Positions 12,690 to 25,185 of a stretch of 64,000 bases of DNA are shown here, one piece after another. Position numbers and translations under genes: made by a program. This DNA is from Microbotryum violaceum (lineage: Eukaryota). The DNA lies in NCBI GenBank assembly GCA_001244265.2, contig CDLV01000010.1:1178001-1242000 (forward strand), given 5' to 3'. The stretch's first letter is position 1; each line of letters opens with the position of its first letter. The notes below the pieces were generated by a model. That model was not told the origin of the DNA and made no database searches. It saw only the letters and a list, made by a program, of their open reading frames with translations.

Positions 12690-13400
12690 CTCGCCTCATT
12701 TGGACTCTTCCTCAAGTTGTCTCTTCCATACTGTCATCACGAATTGCTGCATACGCTCCAATGCAACCCTCACGTGACGGAGGACATCTTTGTATCGAAG
12801 CGAGATCTTGGCCGGCGATACCGACTGATCAGAGCCAAGCACGATTGGAGCGGTTACATCGGGCCCCGCACTGACGGGCGGAATGCTCGGAGTTTCCACA
12901 GATCGAGCAAACGTGGAGACGGCCGGCGTCGCAATAGCCCGCGGAATGCGTGCCGTTGTTGAAAGCAAAGCACACCTGGCGATTAGAGGATTTCTGATAC
13001 AAAGCTCCGGATGAGGAACGAGTGAAGGCATCCGAATCGAATCTGCGGCCGACTTGGATGGGTGGATGATCCAAGGACATCGATCCGCAAACGATGCAGA
13101 AGGAAGAACCGGCGCTGGAACAGTTGGCCGCGAACAATCAAAAGTCTAGGGTGGTGTCGAGCGAAAACGGTTGTCGTTCGAGGGGTGAAATTTGGAGTCT
13201 GAAGATTCACGAAAAGTGTTTGTAGGCTTGTCGCGCTGAAACGACACTCCTTGAGGAAACGAAGACCGGCCGAACGGGAAAGGGTTTGCGATGTTGGGCG
13301 TGAAATTTCCACTCAATTCGGCAAGTGGGGTGCTTCTTGGACTTGTTCGAGAGATTGATGCTGGCCCTGGGCGGGAACAGACTCATTGGGATCGCTTCTG
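12690..13400 (-). mobile_element. Remnant of a tyrosine-recombinase retrotransposon (DIRS/Ngaro-like) gag zinc-finger region
   Basis: VCFAFNNGTHSAGYCDAGRLHVCSICGNSEHSARQC preceded by CIVCG..H. An overlapping second frame ends in ...TVWKRQLEE, resembling an RT-ORF start. Stops and frameshifts upstream; no RT or YR catalytic motifs seen. Confidence 0.55.
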
Positions 13401-14521
13401 GTCTGGCCGCGTTGGACGCGATGTCAAACCTCTCCGAGGAGGCGCCGGTAACCGGCGAGTCCGTGTATAGCACGGGAGTGGGACGCTGTCACGTTGTAGG
13501 GGAGTCCGATGCTCTCGCCTAAAAACCCCTGTAGATTTCGCATCCGAAAGGGGCCACTAGGTCCTGCCCCAAACCACCAACGTTCGCATCCGCATCAGCG
13601 GCACAGGAACGCCAGCACCACCAGCACCACCAAGAACACCGGCACCATGGGTGGGGGGGGGGCAAGGGGCGTGGCCGTGTGGGTCTTGCCGCCTTCAAGT
13701 TCAAAGGAGTTGTCCGACATGGGTATGGAGATCGCGGGAAGTCGGACACTGCCTGCTCGAGTCACTGGAAAGATGTGGGGAAAAAGGAGGTTTTTTGGCG
13801 TGTAAAGCAAGACGTCGGAAGTTCCGAGCGAGCAACAGGCGATATTGCGAGCAAAAATAATTGGTCCTTAGCACGAGCGAGCTACTGCCGATTCACACCG
13901 CGCCTTTCCACAGCTTTCCACTTCCTCGGCGCCCCCGCTGGCTTCCCGCGGGTAGCCCTTGGTCACCTTTGGCAACCGGCCAGTAACAGCCGTTAACAGC
14001 CAGCAACCGTCAACTAGAGCTTTTCCGCCGGCGGCCGACACGCGACAGCTTGGGGCACCGCCTAGAGTACCGCTCATTATTCGATCATGGTGAAGAAACA
14101 ATGCTGTCGGCCTCGCCCCAGTCCTCCGAGTCCACTCAACGACGGCCCAGCCAGCACGCGCCACATTCGAAGTGCTAGTACAGGCGCGTCCTTGAGATTG
14201 GAACACGATGTTGAGTCAATTCAAGTTATCCGGTAAGGTGCTCGGCGCTGCGTGTCGCACCCCCACCCGACGCTTTCGACGATTTGGATACGGAGGAAGG
14301 GTGCGTAGATACAACCTTCGGGTCTAGACTTGGTCCGAGTCGCTGACTTGCTATCCCACGTGCGCCGCTTCTCATCCGCCGTGGCAGCGCCCCTTCATGG
14401 ACCCCGCCCTCACCCCGCGCCGTCGGAATCATCCTCGGATTCGTCGCCAAGCTCGCCGTCATCTCAAAGCCCCACTTCCCAAAATCGAGGGCCGTCGTCT
14501 ACCCCTCGGGGCTACGAAACC

Positions 14522-16636
14522 ATGGTCGAGGAGCTTATGCTACCCGAGCTGACCAAGCAGGTCGACCATGATTTTCTCATGAGCGAGATCATCCCACGAA
14601 TTTCGGTGTGTAGTATCTCGGACTTGGTGCACTCCGTATCTCGAATCAAACCGGCGCAGTTCAATGAGTCGGCACGAAAAGCTTTCGCTCGACCAGGCCG
14701 ACTAGCGGTTCGAGACACGTTCCAAGAGGACTGTGCGCGACCTACCGATCAACGACAGGCCCAGTGGCTCTTACCACTCGCTACATCTGTAAGTGCCATG
14801 CCCTCCGCGTTACTACTTTGAGGTCATATGTAGCGACTCTGATTACATCATCGACCTTAGGCATTCGGTGGATGTAGTCGAAGGCAAAATTTGACGCTCG
14901 CACATGCGCAAAGACCTGCTCGATTGACCGGCGCAGGCGCGCACTACAGCCCTGGTCTGATCGAACGTCACCACTTCCTTACGTGCTGCGACAAGTTGGC
15001 CTCCGCGAAAGGCGGGCCTGGCGCATGTCGCATGCTCGTACCCCTGGCGTTCGACGTCCATGGGCCAGAACACGATACGCGTCACACCCCATACCCTCTT
15101 GTCGATGTTCTGCTCGACTTGGCACAACATGTGCTCACACAGCCGACCCGCCTGTTTGCGCCCGGGTTGGCCATCCTCGATGATGCAGACTACTTCACCG
15201 TGCTCGATCACGAGGGGTGCCGGATCGCGACCATCTCGGATTGCTGGTGCGAGGGCTATGGCGAGCTCGCTTCGGTGTTGTCCATACTACTCGGGCTGGA
15301 CGTCTACTCGGCCGGCTTGTCACCTCTATTTCGCTACGCTTGTCACTCCGAGACTGGCATCGCACCCGACGCGTTCTGTACCAGATATCTTCGACTGTCT
15401 GAGCCCGAAGCGGATGCTCCCCTGGTCGGTCGCACCGTCGAGTTTGTCCACGAGGAGCCCATCAAGCTCGTTCAATCTGCAGTCGTGAACGGCAGCTCCC
15501 TTTTCAGTCACTGCACAGTCGTGTTCCAGCTCACCCGTGAGAGCCTAGTGACTAAGTCCCCATCAAGTTCGGAGGATGACCCAAAGCCCTCGTTCGTGCT
15601 CAAGATCCAACACGTGTCTCCCAAGTTTGTCGGTCACGAAGCCGAAGTGTTGAACGCGATCGTCAAGCGTTGTGCTTCCGCCGGCTCGTCAACATCTTCT
15701 CGGCTTCTCGAAAGCCATGTCGTGCTCCCCGAGAAGGCCAAGTCGCTCAGTCGACATCGCTCACAAATGAAAGAAAGCGACTTGCCCGTGCTTATAAACC
15801 GGGAGGATCCCAAACAACGAGAGCAGTATTCGTCTCGACGCACACTCGATGTGATCATCCTGCGCAATCCTACTCGCTTCCCCATACCCGTCGACGATGG
15901 CCGCGGTCCTGAACATCCCCTTTCTCAAGCTCTCAAGGTTTTCGACCAGCTCCTCACCCTCCTGCCCGTACTCTTCAATCTTGGCATCCACCATCGCGAT
16001 TTGTCCCTCGGGAACATCCTTCACTACCAAGGATACCTGGTTCTGGTCGATTGGGGCACGGGTATCGTTGCACCACGGGGTGAACGCGTCCCGGTTGCAG
16101 CTCAAGACACCAGCTCGTTCAGGATCACCCGCGCCACCGCTCCCTTTCAAGCCCAATCCCATACATGGACTTGGCTCAACGCGGTCAACGCGGTCAACAA
16201 GATCCCTTTCCATGGTCTTCGACACGACTTCGAGTCGTCCGTTCATTGGTTCTTGCTCGTCCTTGACTCGTTCATCGGCGATGTGGTCTCGGCCGACATA
16301 TGAGAGGCATTGCAACTTCGCGCACTGTCGCAACCCGCCACTTATCCGCTTTGTCTCACTCGCTTGGAGCTCTGGGGTGGTGGCGGGGAGTACCCCCAGT
16401 TACGCGAGGATTTCCTCGAGGATCTCAAGAAGGTCGACACTGATCTCCATGGCTTGGTCGAGCTCATGACGCGCAATCGTCCGGGCCGCTTACCTCCCGT
16501 CGGCACGAGTGCGGCGCGACACCACCTCGCTGTTGAGCGAAAGATAGTGGAGGTTCAGGCCGAGTTGCGACGCATGCTGGAGAAGGCGCAGCAACCGGAC
16601 TATGAAGGTCTTCTGGTTCGTTTTGTAAAATGCTGA
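14522..16636 (+). pseudogene. FunK1-type (Pkinase_fungal) protein kinase with an in-frame nonsense codon
   Basis: FVLKI, GIHHRDLSLGNIL, LVDWG, HGLRHDFESSVHWF. TGA at 16301-16303 is followed in frame by EALQLRAL... to 16636. The 5' start is uncertain. Confidence 0.7.
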
Positions 16637-19424
16637 GGTCTACTTCGGTATGTCTTTGCCCTCAATTGAATGGCATCGGCGCAAGCTGCGTAAAGCTGTG
16701 TAGCCCCTGTTTTCATTAGGACCACGCAGTCAAATCGCGCCTGCAATCTCGGTCTTTTCCCTCTAAGTTTTTGTACAAGACACTGAGACTGACCCAGAGA
16801 CAAACCCATTTGACGTCATTGTCTTCAAAAAGACGGCTCAGAAACTCAGGGGCGGAGATGTTTCGGAATTTAGTCAGCAGGTGTCGGCAGCATCCTTAGC
16901 CCATCTGCCGTCACCTAGGACCCACGAAATTTTCTGGCATTCGACAGCATTCCATGAATCTGCCAGTCCGAGTAGGTTACGGGACCATAGTGCGGCCACG
17001 TTACTAGCTTACCTTTTTTGTTCGGTTATTCCTTCTCCCCGCTCTCCATTTCCTTTCTGTAGAAGTATGTTCGCGTGAAGTTCTTTATCACATCGTCTAC
17101 ACTCCTGCATCTTTCAGTCACCGCATCAATTTAAATTCCTCATACCCTTCTTTCGGTAATTCTGTTCGGGTGCCTCAGGTCCGGTTGGGGATCAGCGAGT
17201 CAAAGACAGCGCTGTCGGGATTGCCGTTCGGCTGGTGATAGAGGGGGATGATGGGCATCTATTGTTAGCGGGCCTTCTTCAGCTACAGTCAACTCATGGT
17301 ACGTGCCTGTGACTGCCTTTTGGGATGTTCACGTATGAGTAACGATCTCAATGCTGATCCGATTCGTTATCGAACAGTTGACGCATGAGCGGTTATAGGA
17401 GTCGTCACTGGTGCCTGACAGGTTTCCGTCACTGTTCCAAATTCTCGTCGTGTTTCGCCCCTCACGGTCAAATTTCTACGTTCGGAAGCCGAACCGAAGA
17501 TGGAACTGGTAGGTCGACTGCATTCCAAGTCAGGTGCAGAAAAAAAAAATGCTCCGTGTGGTTGAAGACTGCCCTCGGGTTGCAACTGACTGGTCCCGCA
17601 TCCATTCCGGTGAGTCACAGACGATGATCACAGATGAAGTCCAGGGTGTGACGGAGGATCTTCAGATTTAGATGTTGAAATTAGGATGGTGCAAGGATTA
17701 AAAGCTACCTTGCGCCTTAAATAGCTCCCTTCTGATTTCAATCTGCATCGATTGAAATTGTTAGCCTTTTTGGCTGTGTAGTCCAGTTGTGAAGGGGCTG
17801 GCCTTACACTATTTCGAATAAAGTAGACAAAGTAGTGGTTCAATGCAGTCGAGGTTGTATTTCCCCGAACGGCGCTAGTGGTAAGGCATCGCTGCCTTGT
17901 CTGTCTTCCTAGAAACGCGTTGGCGGCCATGGTGTAGCGCACACTTGAGGAAAGAGTACAATAACGTCCGATTGTTCAGCCTGTGATCCGATCAACCTCC
18001 TAAGTCCCCGAAAATACCGAATTGACCCGCCGAGAGACATAAAGAACGTCTATTACGGCAAAGATCAGTAACGTGCAGCGACTAATGAAGTAGGTCAAAC
18101 TAGCCGCCGACTTACCTGACTCGAGCTCCGAAGAGTTGGGCAATGCTGCTGCGGCGGAATGGAGGATGATCAGCTCGCTGAAGCACGATAATGGGGAGAA
18201 GCTGAAATTAAAACTTACAATGGAGTTGTGAGGGGTTCCAGACATCTGCCAGTATGCGTCTCATACATCAGATGCCATCTCATTGAGCTGAACGAGCTGG
18301 ACGGCTGCACACCTTGAGCCCCTGTCGAAGTTCAGGCGGATGAGACCCTGCTCTCGCACGTGATTACAGTTATCACGATAGCAGTAAGCAGGTGGCTCAA
18401 TCAAAGTTAATCACTTGTTCTGATGTCCATGTACCGTCATCTGTACTGTGTGGGATCCAAGGTGTCAATGAGAAAGGTGCATGAATACGGTCGATCGTCA
18501 ATGACGACGGGACGCACCGCCGCGCTCGACTCGTGATTGCAGGTAAGATTCAACCTGGAAAGGGTCTCAAAATGGAAAGAAACAACTGATGAAAGTACAG
18601 AAGAATGGTTCTTGTTGGCTGGTTTCGTGGGCTCGGAAAGATGATGGCAGCGTCAGTCACGTCCGAGTCGGTCCTTGTTATAAACACTTACGAGTCGAGA
18701 ATAGAATAGCGACCGCAATGATGGTGGAGCCTTCACTCTTCCTGATTGTACGAATGTGGTTTCTGTTGCTGATTCCTAGTTTTGAGCCCGGCTTCTTGCG
18801 CTAAGCCACTCCTTGGTGAAGTGCAGGAACGATCATTCGTGTAAAAAGGTTTGGCTTGCGAAGGTCGGACTCAAAAAGATTGTGAGACAAGAGGGAGATG
18901 AAGATAAGAGGACAGGACCCTCAGGGTTCCGCCTTTGGATGATTCTTCCTATGAGCAGAAAAGCCTTCATTCATAGCGTGCATGTATGGCCGCCGGTTAA
19001 AAGAGCTCAAGATCCGATTCGTCGACCGGCTAAAAACAGTGCACGGTGAATCGTTCGGCGATTTCGCTTATTCGGCCCGACTGCCCGGTCGAGTTGTTCA
19101 ACCTTGAACTTGAAAAGCAATATATGCTTGCAAAGGACGGCACATGAAACAGCAGGGGGGCGGCTACACTACAGGTGTCCGGCATGAGGGACTCGGCGGT
19201 TGCAACAAACTTGGACAGTAAGACTGTCGGTAAGGAGCCACTGTCGAGGACCCCTGCCAAGGATATCTGATTGGCCCTTGCCAATGGTTTCGGGAAGCCT
19301 GGAAAGAGGGATTTCTTCCGACGCGAATTGCACTTGATGTAAATCGCAGCATCCTTGCTCCCTTGCAGTGTGTCTTCAGCTTCAGTTTGGAATTCGAAGC
19401 AACGAGGAAGTCCTTTAGGAGGAC

Positions 19425-22064
19425 TTAGATTGGACTGCATTTAAACTCGAACGTCGGCACCTCGCCCCGACTCATCATCCTGGCCAAATCCTGCGCCGCA
19501 CGCGTCGTCGCTTCCGCCGCTTCTCCGCGCCCAGTACAAGTGTTCCAAGTGCCCGCAAAGACGAAGGTCGGTAAAGAGGTTCGAGAAGCTTCGAGCGCTT
19601 GCTTTTGAGCGTCCGAGGAGTCCACCAAGGTAATCGATGACCCGTTCGAGACGACATGTTTGGGCGCCGCAGCCTTGGGAGTTTCGACAGGTGCGGCGGA
19701 GATCGCACCAAAGGAAAACGAGACAGCAGGCTCCGGGGTGGGAGCAGGTTTCCCAGTAGGAGGCTGCTTGCTCGGCACCGAAGATGCCTGACCGAACATG
19801 TTGGACGAAGGTGTACCAAACAAGGGTCCAACTGAGGCCGGCTGGTCGACGGGCTTGCTCGTAGGCGCGGAAGGAGCAGGTGCCGACGTTTTCAGTGCGG
19901 GTGCTTTGCGTATGAAGACGGTCTTGGGCTTGGGTGTGGGTGTGGGCTTCTTGACAACCTCTTCAATAATGACAATGTCGTCATCCGAATCCTCCTCCTC
20001 GTTCTCCTCGTCCTCTTTGTCATCTTCTTCTTCGTCGTCATCCTCTTCGTCCTCCTCTCGGGACCCGTCTTCATCGTCGTCAGCCTCGTCCGTTTCCGAA
20101 GCAAGTGCCGCAAAGGGATTCGCAGGTGCCGCTTTCTTGGTCGATGGCTTCGTCGCTACTACGGGCATGGAAGGCGGAGCAAACGTCGGAGCTGGCGCAG
20201 CCTCCTTCTGCGGCGTAGGAGCAGGAGAAGCCGAGGCGACCGACGAAGCCAATTTCAATCGGTTCCCATCCTCACGACGGTACTCTGCCGGCATAGATCT
20301 CTCAAGCTGTTCCAATGGCGAGACCTTTTTGGGACTTGGAGCAGCCGAAGCAGCCTTCTGAGCCGCAACACGAGCCAAGGCCGGTCTAGAAGGTGTCGGA
20401 GGACGAGCGGGCCGACTGCGTGGAATTCGCGCCAAAGGATTGTGGTCCGTGCTTTCGTAAGGGTTGATAAAAGCTTCGCGACCTGTCGTCGGAGAAATTT
20501 TTTGGGGTCTTGCAGCATCCTCTTGGCGGATGATGTCCATCATCATATCGGCCGCTCGAGTTGTCGATCGAGGCGTCCCTGAGGCGACCCTCTTTGGTGG
20601 AGAAGGTGACGGGGTCTCGGCTTTGCTGACTTGCCACAGAGGTGACGGTCGGACGGGGGTCGAAACGGCGTTCGCTGTGATCTTGGCACGAGAGAAGATC
20701 GAAGTTTTGGAACTGTCCGTCATCGCTGCTGCAGGCGAGGGAGAGGCTGGGGCCGACGGTCCCGGTGAGGCTGCGTAGGATAGGTTCGAGGTCGATGGGG
20801 CAGGTGGTGCATCCTCCGCTTCGACACGTCGACGTTTGCCCTCGGCAGCCGAACTGTTCGCCCCTAGGGAGTTGAGCGATCCGCCCTCGCTCTGACTCCG
20901 CGTTAGATTGGATCCGTTCGAGGCGCTGTGAGACCCAGGGGTTCGATTGCGACGTGCGCTTCGGCTCGAGTAGCCCGCTCCAACGTAGATGGGTCTTCGT
21001 CTTCGGTAGGGTGTATGACCTGCGGTAAACTCGGCATTGAGCGTCGAGGGGGAAGCACCGACACCGCCAAAGGACGAGTCGTTGGACGCCGCCGAGGGTG
21101 AGATGGGAACTACCGAGTCCTGACGAGCATAAAAGGGCTGCACCGAAAGAGTGGGAGAGGCGGACCCGAAGTTGGGGGTGAAGGCAGTGGGTAGATTCTC
21201 GGCTTTAGCCTGTTGCACGAGGTGAAGCACCCCGGCTTGCTCGATCGCGGTCAATGGCTCATCGCCCCGATCGGCCTTGTCGCGGAAGAACCTCGCGAGT
21301 TCCTCGTTTGCTCGCCCAGGTGCGGATCGTTCCGAGCCAAACACGGACTCGGCCTGACCCCAGCTGGCTGCCGATGCCGAGAACGGCGCCAAGTCGGCGC
21401 GTGTCGCAGATCGCGGCACAGCGGAGGTGAAGCCGCCACGAGGTCGGGGGGTCGCGTTCGAGGCCAGCGTCGAAGCGAGCTGAGGCATCGACTTGGAAGC
21501 GGTGATGGACGACCCGAAGTTGGGGTAAATATTTTGGTACGGTGTAGGTGAGGGTGGTGCGTTGGCGTGCATCTGCGTCAGTACAGTCGTCACTGCAGCG
21601 TCAGCGACGATCGAGATCCCCTGGTGCCCCTGTCGGTGATGGACCTACGTCGTGATCCTCGATAAAGTCGCCATGCAGTTCAAACGCAGGGGCATGGGCA
21701 TGTTGTGCGTCATCGTCGCTGCCATCACTGTGCTGTGGCTCTTCGTGGTCGTGGTCGTTGTTGTGGTCTTGCTCATCGTCCGACGCGGGCTGGGGCTCAG
21801 GAGATCGCTCCTTCTTCTTCCCACGGCGGAACGGGCTCAGGTACGACAACAGTCCACTCAGACGAGACTACAGGCCATAACATGGCAGCATCAGTATAGT
21901 GGGTCCAGCCGCAACGACCAGGTCAAACGCACAGGAGTTCCGCTCGCACTTGCACCCGCGTTTGCGCTCGCGGGCGAAGCCTTGGGACGCGCATAAGGCG
22001 ATGCAGCCTCTTTGCGTGCCTGTCGGCCAAGCTGGAGTGATGCTCTTCGATCTTGGCCGTCCAT
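19425..22064 (-). CDS. Nup60-like nuclear basket nucleoporin, multi-exon
   Basis: N-terminal RKEAASPYARP; amphipathic SRLSGLLSYLSPF; helical ANEELARFFRDK...EPLTAIEQAGVLHL resembling the Nup60 helical region; C-terminal FSF/FVF/FEF motifs. Confidence 0.6.
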
Positions 22065-22433
22065 GTTGGCCGTTGTCCGAGTGTCGAGAGGCAGAGGGCG
22101 GGCGAGGCAGTGGTTGGTTACGTGGGCGCGGGCAGAGTGAAATCGTCGGCGCGAGCTTCGGACGATCGTCATCACGTCCCAGGCCGCCATTCCAGATTGG
22201 GGCCAGTGCCTGTGGGCACACTCAATACACTTACTCTGTTTTTTCCTCCTTGATGGTAGAGCATTAAGATTAGAGACGAGATAACATTAAAAACAAAAGA
22301 CGAGATACATATTCGCCTACTTGACGCATCAAAATTTTGGAAATCGCCGCAGAGTCGGCGACAATGAGTCGTGGCAAGCGAGAACATTGGCCTGGCCGCT
22401 CCAACCAGGTGAACCTATACACAAATCGTTCAA

Positions 22434-24780
22434 TTATTCTGCCGCAGTCTTATCATCGAACTTGTCCGAACCCACAACCTCAGTCACCTCAGATCCATCA
22501 CGACCTTCCATCCTGGCTCGGACCAACTCGAACACGATGTACAGATCCTTGGGACCCGTATAGGTCTTACGAGCCGAGATGAAGTAGTGCGCCGTGGCGA
22601 TGATAAGCACGACGGCGAAGACGACGATGGCGTCTGTGAGATGTCATCGGGCCTGTTAGCGAAATATTGATCCTCGCCACGTAAAGCCCTGAGAGCAGAC
22701 ACCCAACCCACAATTCATGTTGGAGCCCGTGACGGGAAGCTCCGGAGGGAAGAGGAAGAAAACAGTCGTGAACAGGATGAAGACCAGCGCCGTGATGTTG
22801 GCGACCGGTCCCCAGAATCGACCGAGTGTCAAGGTAGGCTCGGGGAAGCCCTCCGGTCGAAGCAAATGGCGACCTCGGACCAGTAGCAGGATGATGGGGG
22901 CAGAGTAAGAGATGTTGAGGAACACGACACTGGACGAAAGAATGGCGTTGAGAGCCGACGATGAACCTGCACGAGCGGGCAACCGGATGAGACATCCAGT
23001 CAGCCTACGTACCATGCGAAGCGGACTCATAAAGGTGCGGGTATTCACCAAGGTAGACCAGCCCAAAAATGATGACGAGCACCGTGTTGAGGATCAAGGT
23101 GTTGACCGGAATTCCTTTCTTGTTGGCACGTCCAAAAAACTTCGAGAATGGTAGACCTCCATCACGGGCAAACGCGTAGCACATGCGCGACGAACTCGTC
23201 AAGAGCCCCTGTGCGGCAAAGAACATGGAGACGACGGGGAAGACCTGCAAGCATAGCGATCCGGCAACCGAGCCAGTAGCTTGGTAGATGGCCGCGAGGA
23301 GAACCCCTGCACTCGACTCGATAGCCTGGTTAACGTTGCTCGTGGTGAAGAGGAGGCAGACGAGGAAGATGAAGGACGAGACGGCACCAATGAGGACCGC
23401 AGCGCACATCGCGATCGGGGCGTTGATGTGGGGTCGCGGAATTTCTTCGACCATGTGTGTTACACCATCAAAGCCCGTCAATCCAAAACTTGCCTGTTCA
23501 GAGATAGACGAGATGAGATGAGTACCCAATGCTCGTGACCAACAAGATTTTATCGACCGAACGGGGTGAATCGGAAGGCACTGACCTGCAGCAGGCCGAG
23601 AATCCATGACACCCCATTGTTCCACCCCGTCTCGTTGATGAAAGTCGCAAAGACGAACTTGCCCGACGTATAGTGACCTGATTTGCAAGCGAGGCAAACG
23701 ATCGCGATCGTAGCTGCGCCGGCAAGCGACCACGATAAGGCCGCTTGGTTGATGATGGGCAGAATTCTGTGGCCCCACAAGTTGGATGCGAAGGCTAACA
23801 AGGCGTAGGCAACGTCTGAGGTGCTCGATTGAATTCAACCGATTGACAGAAGTGAGCTTTTCGGTTGCATGTAAAAAGATCGCCACACGACGAGGGGACA
23901 CGGACTGACAAACGATGAAAATCTGATACCGCTGAACGACGACGTCCTGATGCGCCAAAGCCACCATGCCCGTCACAAGTTGACCCGCAAGTGAACTAGC
24001 CGTAGCAACAAGGGCGACCCATCCTGCGCAAGCGATCCATCCTTCGATGAAAGCGAAAAGGGGGGCCCGCTCGGGTGGCGAGAGAAGAGCGACCCAATGA
24101 TACTGCCCGCCCGAGCTTGGGTAGACGTGACAAATCTCAGCGAGAGAGATGGCTGTGGCGAAACTGCCGAGGAAAGAAATAGGAATTCCCCACAGTACGA
24201 CCGAGGTCCCACCCGATGGTAGGGCAACAGAGATGGATGCAGCCTATACACCGTCGCGCGGACAAGCGGGTGCGGAGCGACCAAAAGCCAGAGAGATCCA
24301 ACGCCGAGCGTGAGATTAGCGAAAGAGATCGAGATGGGTCGTGTCAGCTACACTGTCTACAAAGGTCGCCACCAATCTGCAATCGGCTAAGCACGTACCA
24401 TAGCAGTCCAAGAGTTAAGGATGGCATACGCGAGCCCACTGGGAGATCCAAAGTATCGTTGACATCAGCTCACGCAATTCGACGCGAACGCCGAACCGAG
24501 TGCGGAATCTCGGAGTAGCCGCGTCAAACGGAGGAGAGGAGGAAAACTCGGAGCTGCAGGTGACCGAAACCCGTCCGACGACAACGACGAATTCAACACC
24601 CCGTTGCTGTGACGAGCGACAAAGCTGCTTGAACATGGGACTGAAAACTAACATGAGTGCAAGGCGACTGAAGCTCTTGGTGAGTGGCAAGACGTGGGTT
24701 TCGCCATCTTGATGATAAGCCTTCGCGGAGTGCCCTCCAGGCTGGCCGCTGTTGCTGCTAGCGTGAACGTGTTCGCTCAT
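22434..24780 (-). CDS. APC-superfamily amino acid/choline/GABA permease, multi-exon
   Basis: FATFINETGW, GFDGVTHMVEEIPRPHINAP, SSRMCYAFARDGGLPFS, FFLFPPELPVTGSNMN; many TM segments. Confidence 0.85.
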
Positions 24781-25185
24781 CGTGGAAGTCGAGGCCACGA
24801 CCATTCCGTACTCCCTGTGACGTTCACGAAAGAGACGGGAGAGAGAATGTGATTGCGTGGTGGATAGACGGCCTGTGTAGTCCGTGGGGAGGAAGCGACT
24901 GGTCCAAGAAGCTCGGCCGGAAGCCAAGCCGCTAGATCGATTCGGCGGTTGGCTCGCTTCGGTATTTTCAGGTCCAAGCCCGCCGTCGTTCGTACGTATA
25001 CCGCAGCTTCGCCTCGTATTTCGTACAGCTGAATCGGGTTGATGACTCGGATGCAGTGGAGGCTGGAAATCCGGCAGAAGGGTTTCAGTCGGCATCTCTT
25101 CCTAGGTATCCACTTCAGTCCAAGCTGTAGAGATGCTGCTCGAACTTTCCGCTTTAGTGTGGCGAAGGAGGTGTAAACACCGTCG

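Noticed and set aside
17836-17903. WFNAVEVVFPRTA..HRC as a MULE transposase motif
   Set aside because: Short, flanked by stops, wrong spacing to CxxH, and no other transposase motifs or TIRs.
16650-19400. Mating-type genes (homeodomain, pheromone, receptor) in the lower-GC stretch
   Set aside because: No WFxNxR homeodomain, CAAX-terminated pheromone ORF or 7-TM receptor found.
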